This document shows, one piece after another, positions 1-9,081 of a stretch of 64,000 nt of DNA. The position numbers and the translations under genes were made by a program. The stretch's first letter is position 1. Each line of letters opens with the position of its first letter. The stretch is from a virus. Taxonomy: Duplodnaviria; Caudoviricetes. Location of the stretch: positions 32,001 to 96,000 of IMG/VR virus record IMGVR_UViG_3300044846_003474; one strand, given 5' to 3'. Below the pieces are notes generated by a model. The model had not been told where the DNA came from. It made no database searches and saw only the letters and a list, made by a program, of their open reading frames with translations.

Positions 1-552
1 CCGGGTCTTATTAATTTACCATCTTGTCAGGTAACAAAAGGTGTATATGAGATAACAATACCACCATTACTTGGATATAAAACACCATGTATCTTTACTG
101 ATACTTGGTCAAACATTTTATTAAATGGTTTTTCATTACCTAATGTAATTAATGAATTTGTAATATACCCATTACAGAAATCAATTCAAATAGGAACAAC
201 AACTAATGATCCTGCGGTATATGGTTTTGATTATTATGGAATTAAACAAGATGAAAAAATATTAAATACCGATATTAGAAAAGTTGGTGTTATAATCAAG
301 AAAGCATATACGACCAATCAACAATTACCAAAAATTGAAGGTCAATATAGAGTGTATGTTAGAGAAGGTCAAACCGAAGTACAAGTACAAGATTGGACCA
401 AACTTAATAGAACTCCAAATGAGTACTATTTTATATTTGACACAAGGGATAAGATTCCAAATGAATATTATATAGATTTAAAAGTCATTTCTAGTGGAGA
501 AGTAAATACTTATAAGAGACAGATTAAATTTCAAATCGTAAATAAAAAATAA
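1..552 (+). CDS. 5'-truncated hypothetical protein (likely virion structural, Ig-like C-terminus)
   Basis: Frame 1 is open from base 1 to TAA at 550-552; the track ORF 352..552 is only its tail. Confidence 0.7.
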   Translation, partial: PGLINLPSCQVTKGVYEITIPPLLGYKTPCIFTDTWSNILLNGFSLPNVINEFVIYPLQKSIQIGTTTNDPAVYGFDYYGIKQDEKILNTDIRKVGVIIKKAYTTNQQLPKIEGQYRVYVREGQTEVQVQDWTKLNRTPNEYYFIFDTRDKIPNEYYIDLKVISSGEVNTYKRQIKFQIVNKK

Positions 553-573
553 AGATATTTATTAAATAAAGAT

Positions 574-960
574 ATGGCAAATTTTATATTAGAACAATGT
601 TCATCATCAAATCAATTCACAGTTGGTTTTGGTGTAAGTTTTACCCCAATAACGGGACAAACTTATTCATTTAGTAATGGACTAACAGGAGAAACTATTT
701 GTGGTACCATATTAACTGGCACCACTGGAGCAACAACATATTCGGCAATCACCCAATATGATAATTGTAATGAATGTATTATTGATATACCAAGAAGTGC
801 AAATACAGCATATGATATATGTGAAGTTTGTTCTGATGAAACAGTAATTACGGTTTATAATTTAACACCACCTCACCCTGTTTATACTGACGGATATGGT
901 ACTCCAGTCACTCAATTAAACATGGTCGTAATAGGAGGACCTAACGGATTAAATTCATAA
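574..960 (+). CDS. Cys/Thr/Gly-rich hypothetical protein (possible virion protein)
   Basis: 128 aa with CNEC and CEVC motifs; TATTTAT motif at 556-562. Confidence 0.6.
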   Translation: MANFILEQCSSSNQFTVGFGVSFTPITGQTYSFSNGLTGETICGTILTGTTGATTYSAITQYDNCNECIIDIPRSANTAYDICEVCSDETVITVYNLTPPHPVYTDGYGTPVTQLNMVVIGGPNGLNS

Positions 961-964
961 TACA

Positions 965-1447
965 ATGAAAAGAGTAATAAGATTAAATGAAACGGACATT
1001 ACCAATTTGGTAAAAAGAGTCCTTAATGAACAGAAAAGTGAACGATATATGTTCTTTTCTAATTTAGAACAAATGAGAAGACAATGTGATTTATTATTAG
1101 ATTTTGATCGTAGTACGGTTGAATCTATTTTAGATAATGGACATGATTGGGCTCAAGATCATATTTCTGAAGCTAAAAACAATATGGATCAAGTATTTGA
1201 TTTCATGATGAATGAAACCACAAGAGACGGTATGAAATCATCTACGAATATTGATGATGAAGATATGGTAATGTCGGAAGGAGATAAAAAAGTTGGCACA
1301 CCTCTTTGTGCGAGAGGTATTGCATCCGCAAAATCTAAATATGATGTATACCCTTCAGCATATGCAAATGGACACGCAGTACAAGTATGTAAAGGTACGA
1401 TTAAAGGTCTTGATGGTAAAAAACATTGTTCAGGAGCATATTGTTAA
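965..1447 (+). CDS. leader-bearing hypothetical protein with C-terminal YPSAYAN motif (DUF5872-like part)
   Basis: N-term MKRVIRLNETDITNLVKRVLNEQ; C-term CARG..AK.KY.VYPSAYAN..AVQVCKG. Confidence 0.65.
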   Translation: MKRVIRLNETDITNLVKRVLNEQKSERYMFFSNLEQMRRQCDLLLDFDRSTVESILDNGHDWAQDHISEAKNNMDQVFDFMMNETTRDGMKSSTNIDDEDMVMSEGDKKVGTPLCARGIASAKSKYDVYPSAYANGHAVQVCKGTIKGLDGKKHCSGAYC

Positions 1448-1518
1448 AAATTTTTTAAAAATATTTTTTTATTCAAATAATTTATATATATTTGTAGACA
1501 CATAAACTTTATACAAAT

Positions 1519-1947
1519 ATGAAAAACAGAGTAAAAAGATTCTTAAGTAGATTAAAACTTAAATTTTATATTTGGTCAAAAAAATCTTCAAATATTATAC
1601 CAACTTATCAAAATGAAATCCTATCATATGAAAAGACCTGTTTTAAAATATGTCTTAAAATAATTCAACATAAAGATACGGAATTTATGATCGCCCCAAT
1701 GTCTGATAAACGTTATCTTAAAAATGACGATATGAAAATTTTCATAACAATGACAGATCATAGAGTTGAGATCACTAATCACATTTACAATTATAATGTT
1801 AAACTACATGAAAGAGATTGGGAAAGATTAACGTATATTTTTGATCTTGAGGCAGATAAGAGAAGGCTTAATTATGAGGGAGAGGTTAATTCACAGATTA
1901 CTAACTCTCTACACAATATCTTAGACCGAGTTTCTAATTTCAAATAA
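1519..1947 (+). CDS. hypothetical protein
   Basis: 142 aa ORF with TATATTTG (-7 box) upstream. Confidence 0.65.
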   Translation: MKNRVKRFLSRLKLKFYIWSKKSSNIIPTYQNEILSYEKTCFKICLKIIQHKDTEFMIAPMSDKRYLKNDDMKIFITMTDHRVEITNHIYNYNVKLHERDWERLTYIFDLEADKRRLNYEGEVNSQITNSLHNILDRVSNFK

Positions 1948-2862
1948 AATATTATCAACTAAGGAATCTACGGATTCCTTTTTTGTTTTATATGATGTCA
2001 TAATAGGTTTTTGTCCTTTTCCTGTCTGAGTGTCTTTTTTTTCTGCGGTTCTTTTTTGTTGACAGGCAGATCTTTTTTGTGAATCACTCATTTTACCTGC
2101 AACTCCAGCCGCCCTACATTTAGGGTAAGATCCTTTAGAAGTATCCTGTCGTCCACATGGAGGATGTTTACCGTCAACTTTACTACAAATGTTAACCCAA
2201 GGTCCTTTTGGTTGAGAAGACCCTTTAGGTTTCTTCTTTTTACCAAACCAAACTCCTAAATCTTCATTTATTGTATGAACATCGTGAGTATTAACGTTAT
2301 GAGTTCCATCTTTACCTTTTTCCCAAACACCAACAATTCTTTTTAAATTATTTTTTAAACTTTTTTTAATTGCAATATCATTTAATTTATTGTCTATAAA
2401 TTCGTAAAAAGGACCTAACTCACTTTTACTCCATTTTTTTAAACCTATTTCAATTGGACCACTATATTCACCGGCAGTTATACTTGTACTTGCTTCAGTT
2501 ATTTCAACCCATTCATTTACAGGTACAATTTTTTTATTTTTACCAGGTGTTTGGTTAATATTATTACCATCATCATCACTAAATGTTGAGTTCGGGTGTT
2601 TCTTAATATAATTTGTAACTTTTTTTGCTTTAGACTCTATTTTTTTGATTTGTTTTTTTGTTTCATCCATTGACCCATCATAACTATCAAATTCTAACAT
2701 TGGACTATCGTATTTTGATACAGGTATTGTGAATGGTCCGTTTTGAGAATTTTTAAATTTTCTAACACCTAACTGCATTGGTGCAATATATGAACCTCTA
2801 CTCCCACCACTATCTGAAGTTGCTTCAGATAAAACTTTCTTTATTATTTGATTTAAATCCAT
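1921..2862 (-). CDS. leader-bearing head-associated candidate with C-terminal basic Cys domain (DUF5872-like part)
   Basis: Likely start MDLNQIIKKVLSE at 2862 after the TATTTAT motif; several [ILV]xE sites; C-term WF..WVNIC..PCGR..YPKCR. Confidence 0.65.
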   Translation of the reverse strand: MDLNQIIKKVLSEATSDSGGSRGSYIAPMQLGVRKFKNSQNGPFTIPVSKYDSPMLEFDSYDGSMDETKKQIKKIESKAKKVTNYIKKHPNSTFSDDDGNNINQTPGKNKKIVPVNEWVEITEASTSITAGEYSGPIEIGLKKWSKSELGPFYEFIDNKLNDIAIKKSLKNNLKRIVGVWEKGKDGTHNVNTHDVHTINEDLGVWFGKKKKPKGSSQPKGPWVNICSKVDGKHPPCGRQDTSKGSYPKCRAAGVAGKMSDSQKRSACQQKRTAEKKDTQTGKGQKPIMTSYKTKKESVDSLVDNILFEIRNSV

Positions 2863-2899
2863 AATTTGTCTACTATTATAAATATCAACACAATACAAA

Positions 2900-3142
2900 A
2901 TGGAAGAACAAGAAAATGAATTATTTGGTAACCTGTTTGGAACCATCAATTTACTAAGTGAAGAACATTTAGATGCAATTCTTATATCTATGAATAAAGA
3001 TCACGCATTATATTATTTAATTGAGTCAGTTAAAGCATCACATAAACGTGGAGCGTTTACAATTGGTGAATCTGAAGTTATATCAAAAGCCATTAGAGTG
3101 TTGTCAAAATTGGAAGAACCTAACCAAACTATTGATAAATAA
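2900..3142 (+). CDS. hypothetical protein
   Basis: 80 aa ORF ending at a hairpin terminator. Confidence 0.6.
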   Translation: MEEQENELFGNLFGTINLLSEEHLDAILISMNKDHALYYLIESVKASHKRGAFTIGESEVISKAIRVLSKLEEPNQTIDK

Positions 3143-3172
3143 AAAAAGGAGACAAGTAATTGTCTCCTTTCT
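3141..3172. terminator. bidirectional intrinsic terminator
   Basis: AAAGGAGACAA-gtaa-TTGTCTCCTTT between convergent genes. Confidence 0.7.
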
Positions 3173-3192
3173 CTTATTCGGTATTTAATTGA

Positions 3193-5022
3193 TTATCTCA
3201 ATTCTCTCAAGTCAAATGTTCTAACTCCATCAACTGTGATACGTCCGTAGAAACGGTTATTAACCATTTTCTTAGCGTATCTTGTCATTATACCTTTGAT
3301 AGGTGTAAAGTTGAATGGATTGTACATTGTAGGTGTCAATTGTAGAGGTACGTACGGTGCGTAGATGTAACCTGTGTCTAACAATGATGTTCCTTTGTGT
3401 CCTACTAACACTGTGTTAGCTGGGAAGTAAGGGTCACGGTAAACTTGGTAACGTCCTGCAAGAGTACCTACTCTTTCAATACCCATGTTATACTGATCTT
3501 GCTCAGGAGATGCGTTAGATACGTGGAAGTATTCTAAGTCATCAAAGATAGCTGAAATCTCAGAAGAAACTACGATCCAGTTAGCTCCACCTCTCAATGT
3601 AGATTTGTGGATTTGTGCTGACAATTGGTTAATCGCAGTAATCAAAGTTTGATTCCAATCTTTTTGAGTGTAAGATGTAGTTAAAGACAATCTTCTCCAT
3701 CCGTTGTAATCCCAACGTAAGTTCCAAGCCGCTCCTTTTCTCAAGTCACGTAAGATCTCACGGTCAATCTCAGCTGCAACTTGCTCAGATAACAATGCAG
3801 TTAACTCAGCTTCAGCGTCAATGTTATGGAATGCAGCAACGTCTTGAGCTAACTCAGGAGACCATTGTGCTCTTAGTTTTCTTTCAGTTACAGAAACAGT
3901 TACTGATTCTAAATCAAAAGAAACCTCACCGATTTTATCTTCAAACTCTAAGTTTTTGTATCTTCTGTAAACCGCAGTAAATGCAGTAGCTTGAGCGATA
4001 GCACTTAAAGTTGTTCCTGTGTATCCGTCTAATGTAGTACCACAAGTAGCACATACAGGACAAGATAAATCAACCTCTAAATAGATACATCCTTCTTCAT
4101 CACAGATATCGTAGTAAGAACCACCATTTCCTGTTGATGCGTAAGAAGTTTGAGCTTGACTACCGTATTTAACGATTCCTTTACCGTAGATTTGAGTAAC
4201 AACTCTAAACAATAATGGTGTTGATGCGTCAACAGTACAAGGTGATGTTTCAGCTACAGTTAAACCTGAACTTTTAATGATTTTAAGGTCAGATAAGAAA
4301 GTTTCAGTATCCATCTCGTTACCATCAGGTCCGATTAATTTACCTTCACCAGCTCTGTTAAAGTCACACATTTTGATAATAACTTTTCTTGTTCCTGTAG
4401 TTGCAGTGTATTGTGAATTATTATCACCCGCATTTTCTAAGGTACTACCACTCCAAACTTGTACGTTTGTTGCCGCAGTAACTGCAGTCCATTGACCTTT
4501 AGAGTAATCAAACAATCCTGGAGGATCTAACGCTGCTTCTGAACCTTCATAAAATAAATCATAAAGATTTTTAGCGTATGATGTACCTGTTCCACCTGGG
4601 TATCCTGCGTTGTCTGCCGGTGCAGGGCCATTTGGTGATCCGATTGGTGAATAATGTTCTCCACCGTTAGCGGTTGAATTATCATATCCTTGGATACGAG
4701 GTACAAAGAAGAACAATTTACCAATTGGTAAGTTCATTGCTTGTACAGAAACGATATCGTTAGCCAACAATTTAGAGAAAACTCTTCTTACGATAGGGAA
4801 AACAACTGTTTCAAATGCTCCGTTGGAACCTTCAGAAGTTGCTTCGTTAATCAAGAAAGAAGCTTGGTTTTCATACAACTGTGCTACGTTTTCTTTTAGG
4901 TGGCCTTTAAGGCCTTCAAGGAATCCTAATTTATCCCATTTGTTAATAGTATCTTCTTTGATAACTTTAAGGTGTTTTAACCCGATGTTACCAACAAGAC
5001 CTGATTCTAATAATGCTCCCAT
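3193..5022 (-). CDS. major capsid protein, T4 gp23-like
   Basis: P.VRRVF..L.ANDIVSVQAMNLP.G, RKLRA.WSPELAQD..AFH.IDAEAEL, G..YAPYVPL, F.P.KG.MTRY motifs. Confidence 0.95.
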   Translation of the reverse strand: MGALLESGLVGNIGLKHLKVIKEDTINKWDKLGFLEGLKGHLKENVAQLYENQASFLINEATSEGSNGAFETVVFPIVRRVFSKLLANDIVSVQAMNLPIGKLFFFVPRIQGYDNSTANGGEHYSPIGSPNGPAPADNAGYPGGTGTSYAKNLYDLFYEGSEAALDPPGLFDYSKGQWTAVTAATNVQVWSGSTLENAGDNNSQYTATTGTRKVIIKMCDFNRAGEGKLIGPDGNEMDTETFLSDLKIIKSSGLTVAETSPCTVDASTPLLFRVVTQIYGKGIVKYGSQAQTSYASTGNGGSYYDICDEEGCIYLEVDLSCPVCATCGTTLDGYTGTTLSAIAQATAFTAVYRRYKNLEFEDKIGEVSFDLESVTVSVTERKLRAQWSPELAQDVAAFHNIDAEAELTALLSEQVAAEIDREILRDLRKGAAWNLRWDYNGWRRLSLTTSYTQKDWNQTLITAINQLSAQIHKSTLRGGANWIVVSSEISAIFDDLEYFHVSNASPEQDQYNMGIERVGTLAGRYQVYRDPYFPANTVLVGHKGTSLLDTGYIYAPYVPLQLTPTMYNPFNFTPIKGIMTRYAKKMVNNRFYGRITVDGVRTFDLRELR

Positions 5023-5055
5023 TTTTTTGGTTTTTTATTTTTTTTTAGTTTATTT

Positions 5056-6507
5056 TTATTTTATTTTTACCATTAAATCTTTCATTCTCAAGAACTGAGG
5101 ATTCTCATAAGTTTTAGATTCAATCAAATTAACGGCCGATCCTGATACAGGAGTTTTAGTGACCGATTTTTCGAATGACTCATTAATAGAGTTTTCCTTA
5201 GTTTTTTCAGATGAGAATTCATCTTTTAATGATTTGTAAAGACTTTTAGATTCTTTAAGTGTTTCAACATTGTCGAATCGTCTAAGTATATTTATTTTTT
5301 CTTGTTTTGTTGTTGAATGTTCTGTAAACAGTCTAGTTGCGTAAGCCAAATTAGAGTTAAAGATTGCTACTTCATTTAATTTAGTTCTGAAAAGATTCAA
5401 AGCCTTTCTGTACTCTTCATTTTTAGACTTTAGTAATTCCACTTCAGTCTCACTAATGTGTTGAGGAGCTGCTTTTGGTTTTGGTAAACCTTTTCTTCCA
5501 AATTTTGTTCCCGCACCTAATGTACGTGAAGCTTCTGTAGTTTCTCTTCTCTTTTTAATTGGTCTGTATTCACCATCTAAATTTTCTCCATCTTTATAAG
5601 AGAATTTTTTAGCACTTCCTGTATTGATCATTTTTTTACCTTCTTTTTGTTTGGTAGTTTTATAATCCATAACTTGTCCGTACTTGAATTTAGGTGAACC
5701 CATTCCAACGCCTTTAGCTTTAAATTTTGATTCCATTACATGATCCAAATCTTCTTCATCTAATTCTTCATATTCTTCTTCATCAGACATACCGAAGTCA
5801 TCCATTTCAATTTCATACAAAGTTTCATCAACATTAGTTTCGTACATTGGAGTTTCATACATTTCTTCATTATGTCTACGACTCATGCGTCTTGGTCTTT
5901 CTTCAAAATCCATTTCTTCATCTTCATCTTCATCGGACATACCGAAGTCGTCCATTTCAATTTCGTACAAAGTTTCGTCTAATGTAAGATCTTCATCTTC
6001 ATATTCATCTTCATATTCATCTTCTTCATCAAGTTCATCTTGATATTGTTCAGAAAGTTGGATGAAATAATCGGCTCCTGTTTCACTATCCGATAATGTA
6101 ATGTTATTACTCGCATCTCTCTTTACGATAACTCCATCTTCGTCATCCATAGATTTGAAAACTTTAATTACATCTGACATATCTGCTCCAGTCATGTCAA
6201 TTGCATCATCATCATCCGTACCCATGTCAATGTCTTCCATGTCGTCATCTTCCATGTCATCATCAGTATCCATAGGTTCTGCACCTAAATCTACATCCTC
6301 GACATCATCTACTTGACCTTCAGGTTCAACAACCTCTTCTTCGTCTTCAACGTCAATCTCTTCTTGTTCTCTAAGAGATTCTTTTACTAATGAGCTGATT
6401 TCATTCTTCATTGTAGAAGAAAGTATTCCTTTTGCATTTTCTTTAAGAGCTTCTTCCAAACTTTGAATTTGGAATAATGCGTCTTCAACAACTGATTTTT
6501 TGTTCAT
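5056..6507 (-). CDS. prohead core/scaffolding protein (gp22-like)
   Basis: Very acidic, coiled-coil C-terminus, lies between protease and capsid genes, many [IL]xE sites. Confidence 0.75.
   Translation of the reverse strand: MNKKSVVEDALFQIQSLEEALKENAKGILSSTMKNEISSLVKESLREQEEIDVEDEEEVVEPEGQVDDVEDVDLGAEPMDTDDDMEDDDMEDIDMGTDDDDAIDMTGADMSDVIKVFKSMDDEDGVIVKRDASNNITLSDSETGADYFIQLSEQYQDELDEEDEYEDEYEDEDLTLDETLYEIEMDDFGMSDEDEDEEMDFEERPRRMSRRHNEEMYETPMYETNVDETLYEIEMDDFGMSDEEEYEELDEEDLDHVMESKFKAKGVGMGSPKFKYGQVMDYKTTKQKEGKKMINTGSAKKFSYKDGENLDGEYRPIKKRRETTEASRTLGAGTKFGRKGLPKPKAAPQHISETEVELLKSKNEEYRKALNLFRTKLNEVAIFNSNLAYATRLFTEHSTTKQEKINILRRFDNVETLKESKSLYKSLKDEFSSEKTKENSINESFEKSVTKTPVSGSAVNLIESKTYENPQFLRMKDLMVKIK
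5778..5979 (-). repeat. intragenic direct repeat encoding DETLYEIEMDDFGMSDE twice
   Basis: Two near-identical ~50 bp copies within the scaffold gene. Confidence 0.7.
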
Positions 6508-6626
6508 CTATAGTTTGTTTTACAATATAAATAGTAGGTAAATTAAAAAAATTCATTTTTTCTAATTTTTAAGCAAAAAAAATGGGTACAACTAATGTCA
6601 TACCCATCTTAAAAATTAATTAAAAA

Positions 6627-6842
6627 TTAACCAATCACCTCATCAATTTTACTTTCAGTGATTGACGTAATTCTCCAATCCATAGTATAGTGTTCATACA
6701 CTTTAGTTACTTTTGCCTCAACATCAGTTGGTGTATAACCCAATACTAATTTTTCTTCTCTTGTTTTTTTTACTTTGCCTGATTCAGTATCTAATAAATC
6801 AGATGTGATTTTAGCCACAAAATACTTTTCTCCTTGTTCCAT
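6627..6842 (-). CDS. small protein, DUF4494-like
   Basis: YF.AKI....E.GK.KK..E..LV....TD.EA pattern resembles Bacteroidota DUF4494. Confidence 0.5.
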   Translation of the reverse strand: MEQGEKYFVAKITSDLLDTESGKVKKTREEKLVLGYTPTDVEAKVTKVYEHYTMDWRITSITESKIDEVIG

Positions 6843-6850
6843 AGTTTTTT

Positions 6851-7579
6851 TTATTTATCTAAATAATCGGTTAATCTTTTCATTAAGTCAAGTGATTTGT
6901 TACCACTTTCACCAACATTTCTTTCTACCGCTATTTTTTTGTCTTCTTCTAAGCTTTCCTCATATTTCATTCTATCGTTCTTATCTTGGAAAAGATAAGC
7001 ACCAGGTGTTGATGGTGAGGACACTAAGTCAAAACAAATAAGTTCAAAATCATCTTGTACTTCATTTTGTTCTCCAACTTTTTTAAGGGATCCTACACCA
7101 CGAGAAGATATACCTAAAGTAACTCCTTGTCGTAAGTAGTTTGCTGCCAAATCACCTTTAGTAGAAACAATCCCTCTTTCATGAAAACCAGGACTTGTTA
7201 ACAATTTAAGTTTACCTAACAATACAGGACCTTCCCACCATATATCTGTTATTAGGTGTGATACACGATCTAAATCAATTAAAGAAGACTCAGGGTGGTT
7301 TAATTCAGATAATGAGGTTCCTTTCTCAATCATCTTTCTATAATTTTCTGATTCTCTCTTTAATATCTTCTCAGGGTATACTCTACCATTTCTGTTAGGT
7401 GTATTGTATTTTTGTAGAACGGCATAAAATTCAAATGGTTTTGAATGGTCCAAATGATTTGATGATTCTTTTAATATCTCGTAATTACGACCTTCTTTTG
7501 GGTTAATATATCCTGCATCGTACTCAATAAGAATTCCTTTACCTGTATCTCTAGGTCCTAAAATTTTATATTCACTCAT
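6851..7579 (-). CDS. prohead maturation protease, T4 gp21-like (S77/U9)
   Basis: NRNGRVYP, ELNHP, VSH, GISSRGVGS, FDLVSSPSTPGA motifs. Confidence 0.93.
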   Translation of the reverse strand: MSEYKILGPRDTGKGILIEYDAGYINPKEGRNYEILKESSNHLDHSKPFEFYAVLQKYNTPNRNGRVYPEKILKRESENYRKMIEKGTSLSELNHPESSLIDLDRVSHLITDIWWEGPVLLGKLKLLTSPGFHERGIVSTKGDLAANYLRQGVTLGISSRGVGSLKKVGEQNEVQDDFELICFDLVSSPSTPGAYLFQDKNDRMKYEESLEEDKKIAVERNVGESGNKSLDLMKRLTDYLDK

Positions 7580-7600
7580 AATAAGTTTTAGTTATAAATA

Positions 7601-8068
7601 TTAGGCCGTTTCCGTTTTTACTTTAATTGGTTTAACATTACCTGTTTTTGTTAAATAAAATTTAAAATTAGGGTTGTTTATCAAAACATCTGAATAAATT
7701 TCTTTTACTAATAATTTAAGTGTTTTCTTTAATTTTAAGGATTTGAAATCTATTGGTTCATTTAAAAATAGATTAATTTCTAAATTCATAAATGATTTCT
7801 TTTTTAGGTGTAGACCGCTTGTTCTAAGATCTAAGTCTACTATAAATTTATCGTCAAACATTGTCTTATCTAATTTGTGATAGACCGTATGTTTAATTGA
7901 TCTGCTCATATTAAGGACAACTCTTGTCCAATTTTCGGAGTCTTTTTTTGGTTCAACCCAAGTTTGGATGTTTAGGTAAAGAGATTTAAACTCTTTTGAA
8001 TCTACCGTCCCATAGACTATTTTAGATGTTCTAAAGCCATTGATTTTTTCGGTTTTGCCTTTTTTCAT
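7601..8068 (-). CDS. conserved phage hypothetical protein
   Basis: 155 aa ORF within the head module. Confidence 0.7.
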   Translation of the reverse strand: MKKGKTEKINGFRTSKIVYGTVDSKEFKSLYLNIQTWVEPKKDSENWTRVVLNMSRSIKHTVYHKLDKTMFDDKFIVDLDLRTSGLHLKKKSFMNLEINLFLNEPIDFKSLKLKKTLKLLVKEIYSDVLINNPNFKFYLTKTGNVKPIKVKTETA

Positions 8069-8158
8069 AAATTTTTTTCATACTGATATTGTTTATTTTA
8101 GATAATAATAACTAATTTTGTAGTATATATCAAATATATAAACTAATAACAAAAAAAT

Positions 8159-8347
8159 ATGCTGATCGTAAAAGTTAATAAAAATGGGGGGATTGAAAAA
8201 GCTCTAAAAGAATTAAAAAGTAAAGTTATTAAAACAAGACAAAACACCCATCTTAATAACAGAAAAGAACATACAAAAAAATCTGTCCTTAAGAGACAGA
8301 TTTTAAATAAAGCTATTTACAGACAAAAACAAATACTTAACAATTAA
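8159..8347 (+). CDS. rpsU: phage-encoded 30S ribosomal protein bS21
   Basis: 62 aa basic protein: IVKV....IEKALK..K.K..KT......RKE.TK.S..KR....KAIY; embedded among head genes. Confidence 0.85.
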   Translation: MLIVKVNKNGGIEKALKELKSKVIKTRQNTHLNNRKEHTKKSVLKRQILNKAIYRQKQILNN

Positions 8348-9060
8348 ATGTTTTCATTTAATTGTTTTAATTTGAAATAATTTAATTTGTCGTAATTTTC
8401 TATTTGTAATTTTTCTATTGTTTCGTTAATTTTTTGATTAGTTTCGGAATCTTCATTTTTAGATAATAAAGTTTCTAATTTTTCAATCACATCTTCTTTA
8501 AGAAATCCATATTTTTGATTAAGTTTTTCATCGGAAGTGTTTAATAAAATATTAAGTTGTTTTTTCTCACCTTCGGTTAAACTATCAATATGTGATTTAA
8601 TTGTATTGTTAGCCACCTCAACCATAGATTTTAATGGAACCTCAATCACTTTTTTTTCTTTTGATGGATCTTTTTTAAGATTTTCAGAAATAGTTTTTTT
8701 ACTTCTTAATTTTTCTTCGATTGTAGATGCGTTAGATGAAAATAAATTATCAATGTCTTGATACCTATTTTCTGAAACAATATGACCTACCCACATATTA
8801 AGATCTTTAAGGTCGTTTTTTTCTACCTTAGAGATTGTATTTTCAAATAATATAATACTTTCGTTAATATATTCATTTATAAAAGATTCATTTAAACCTT
8901 TGTTTTTACTAAGTTCATCATATAAAAAATAAAGTGTACTTAGAGATTTGTTTTTTAATACAAGTTCTTCAAAAACAAACATATTTTTTTTTAGAGAATC
9001 TTTTCTATAAGATTCAACTAAACAATCTTCAATCCTTGATTTTAATATTCCAAATTTCAT
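8344..9060 (-). CDS. hypothetical head-module protein
   Basis: 238 aa helical protein downstream of portal; TATTTAT motif upstream. Confidence 0.7.
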   Translation of the reverse strand: MKFGILKSRIEDCLVESYRKDSLKKNMFVFEELVLKNKSLSTLYFLYDELSKNKGLNESFINEYINESIILFENTISKVEKNDLKDLNMWVGHIVSENRYQDIDNLFSSNASTIEEKLRSKKTISENLKKDPSKEKKVIEVPLKSMVEVANNTIKSHIDSLTEGEKKQLNILLNTSDEKLNQKYGFLKEDVIEKLETLLSKNEDSETNQKINETIEKLQIENYDKLNYFKLKQLNENI

Positions 9061-9081
9061 AATTTTTTTTTATTATAAATA

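Noticed and set aside
7593-7600. TATAAATA read as a canonical T4 late promoter
   Set aside because: It lies consistently on the template strand of the adjacent downstream genes; the sense-strand motif is TATTTAT
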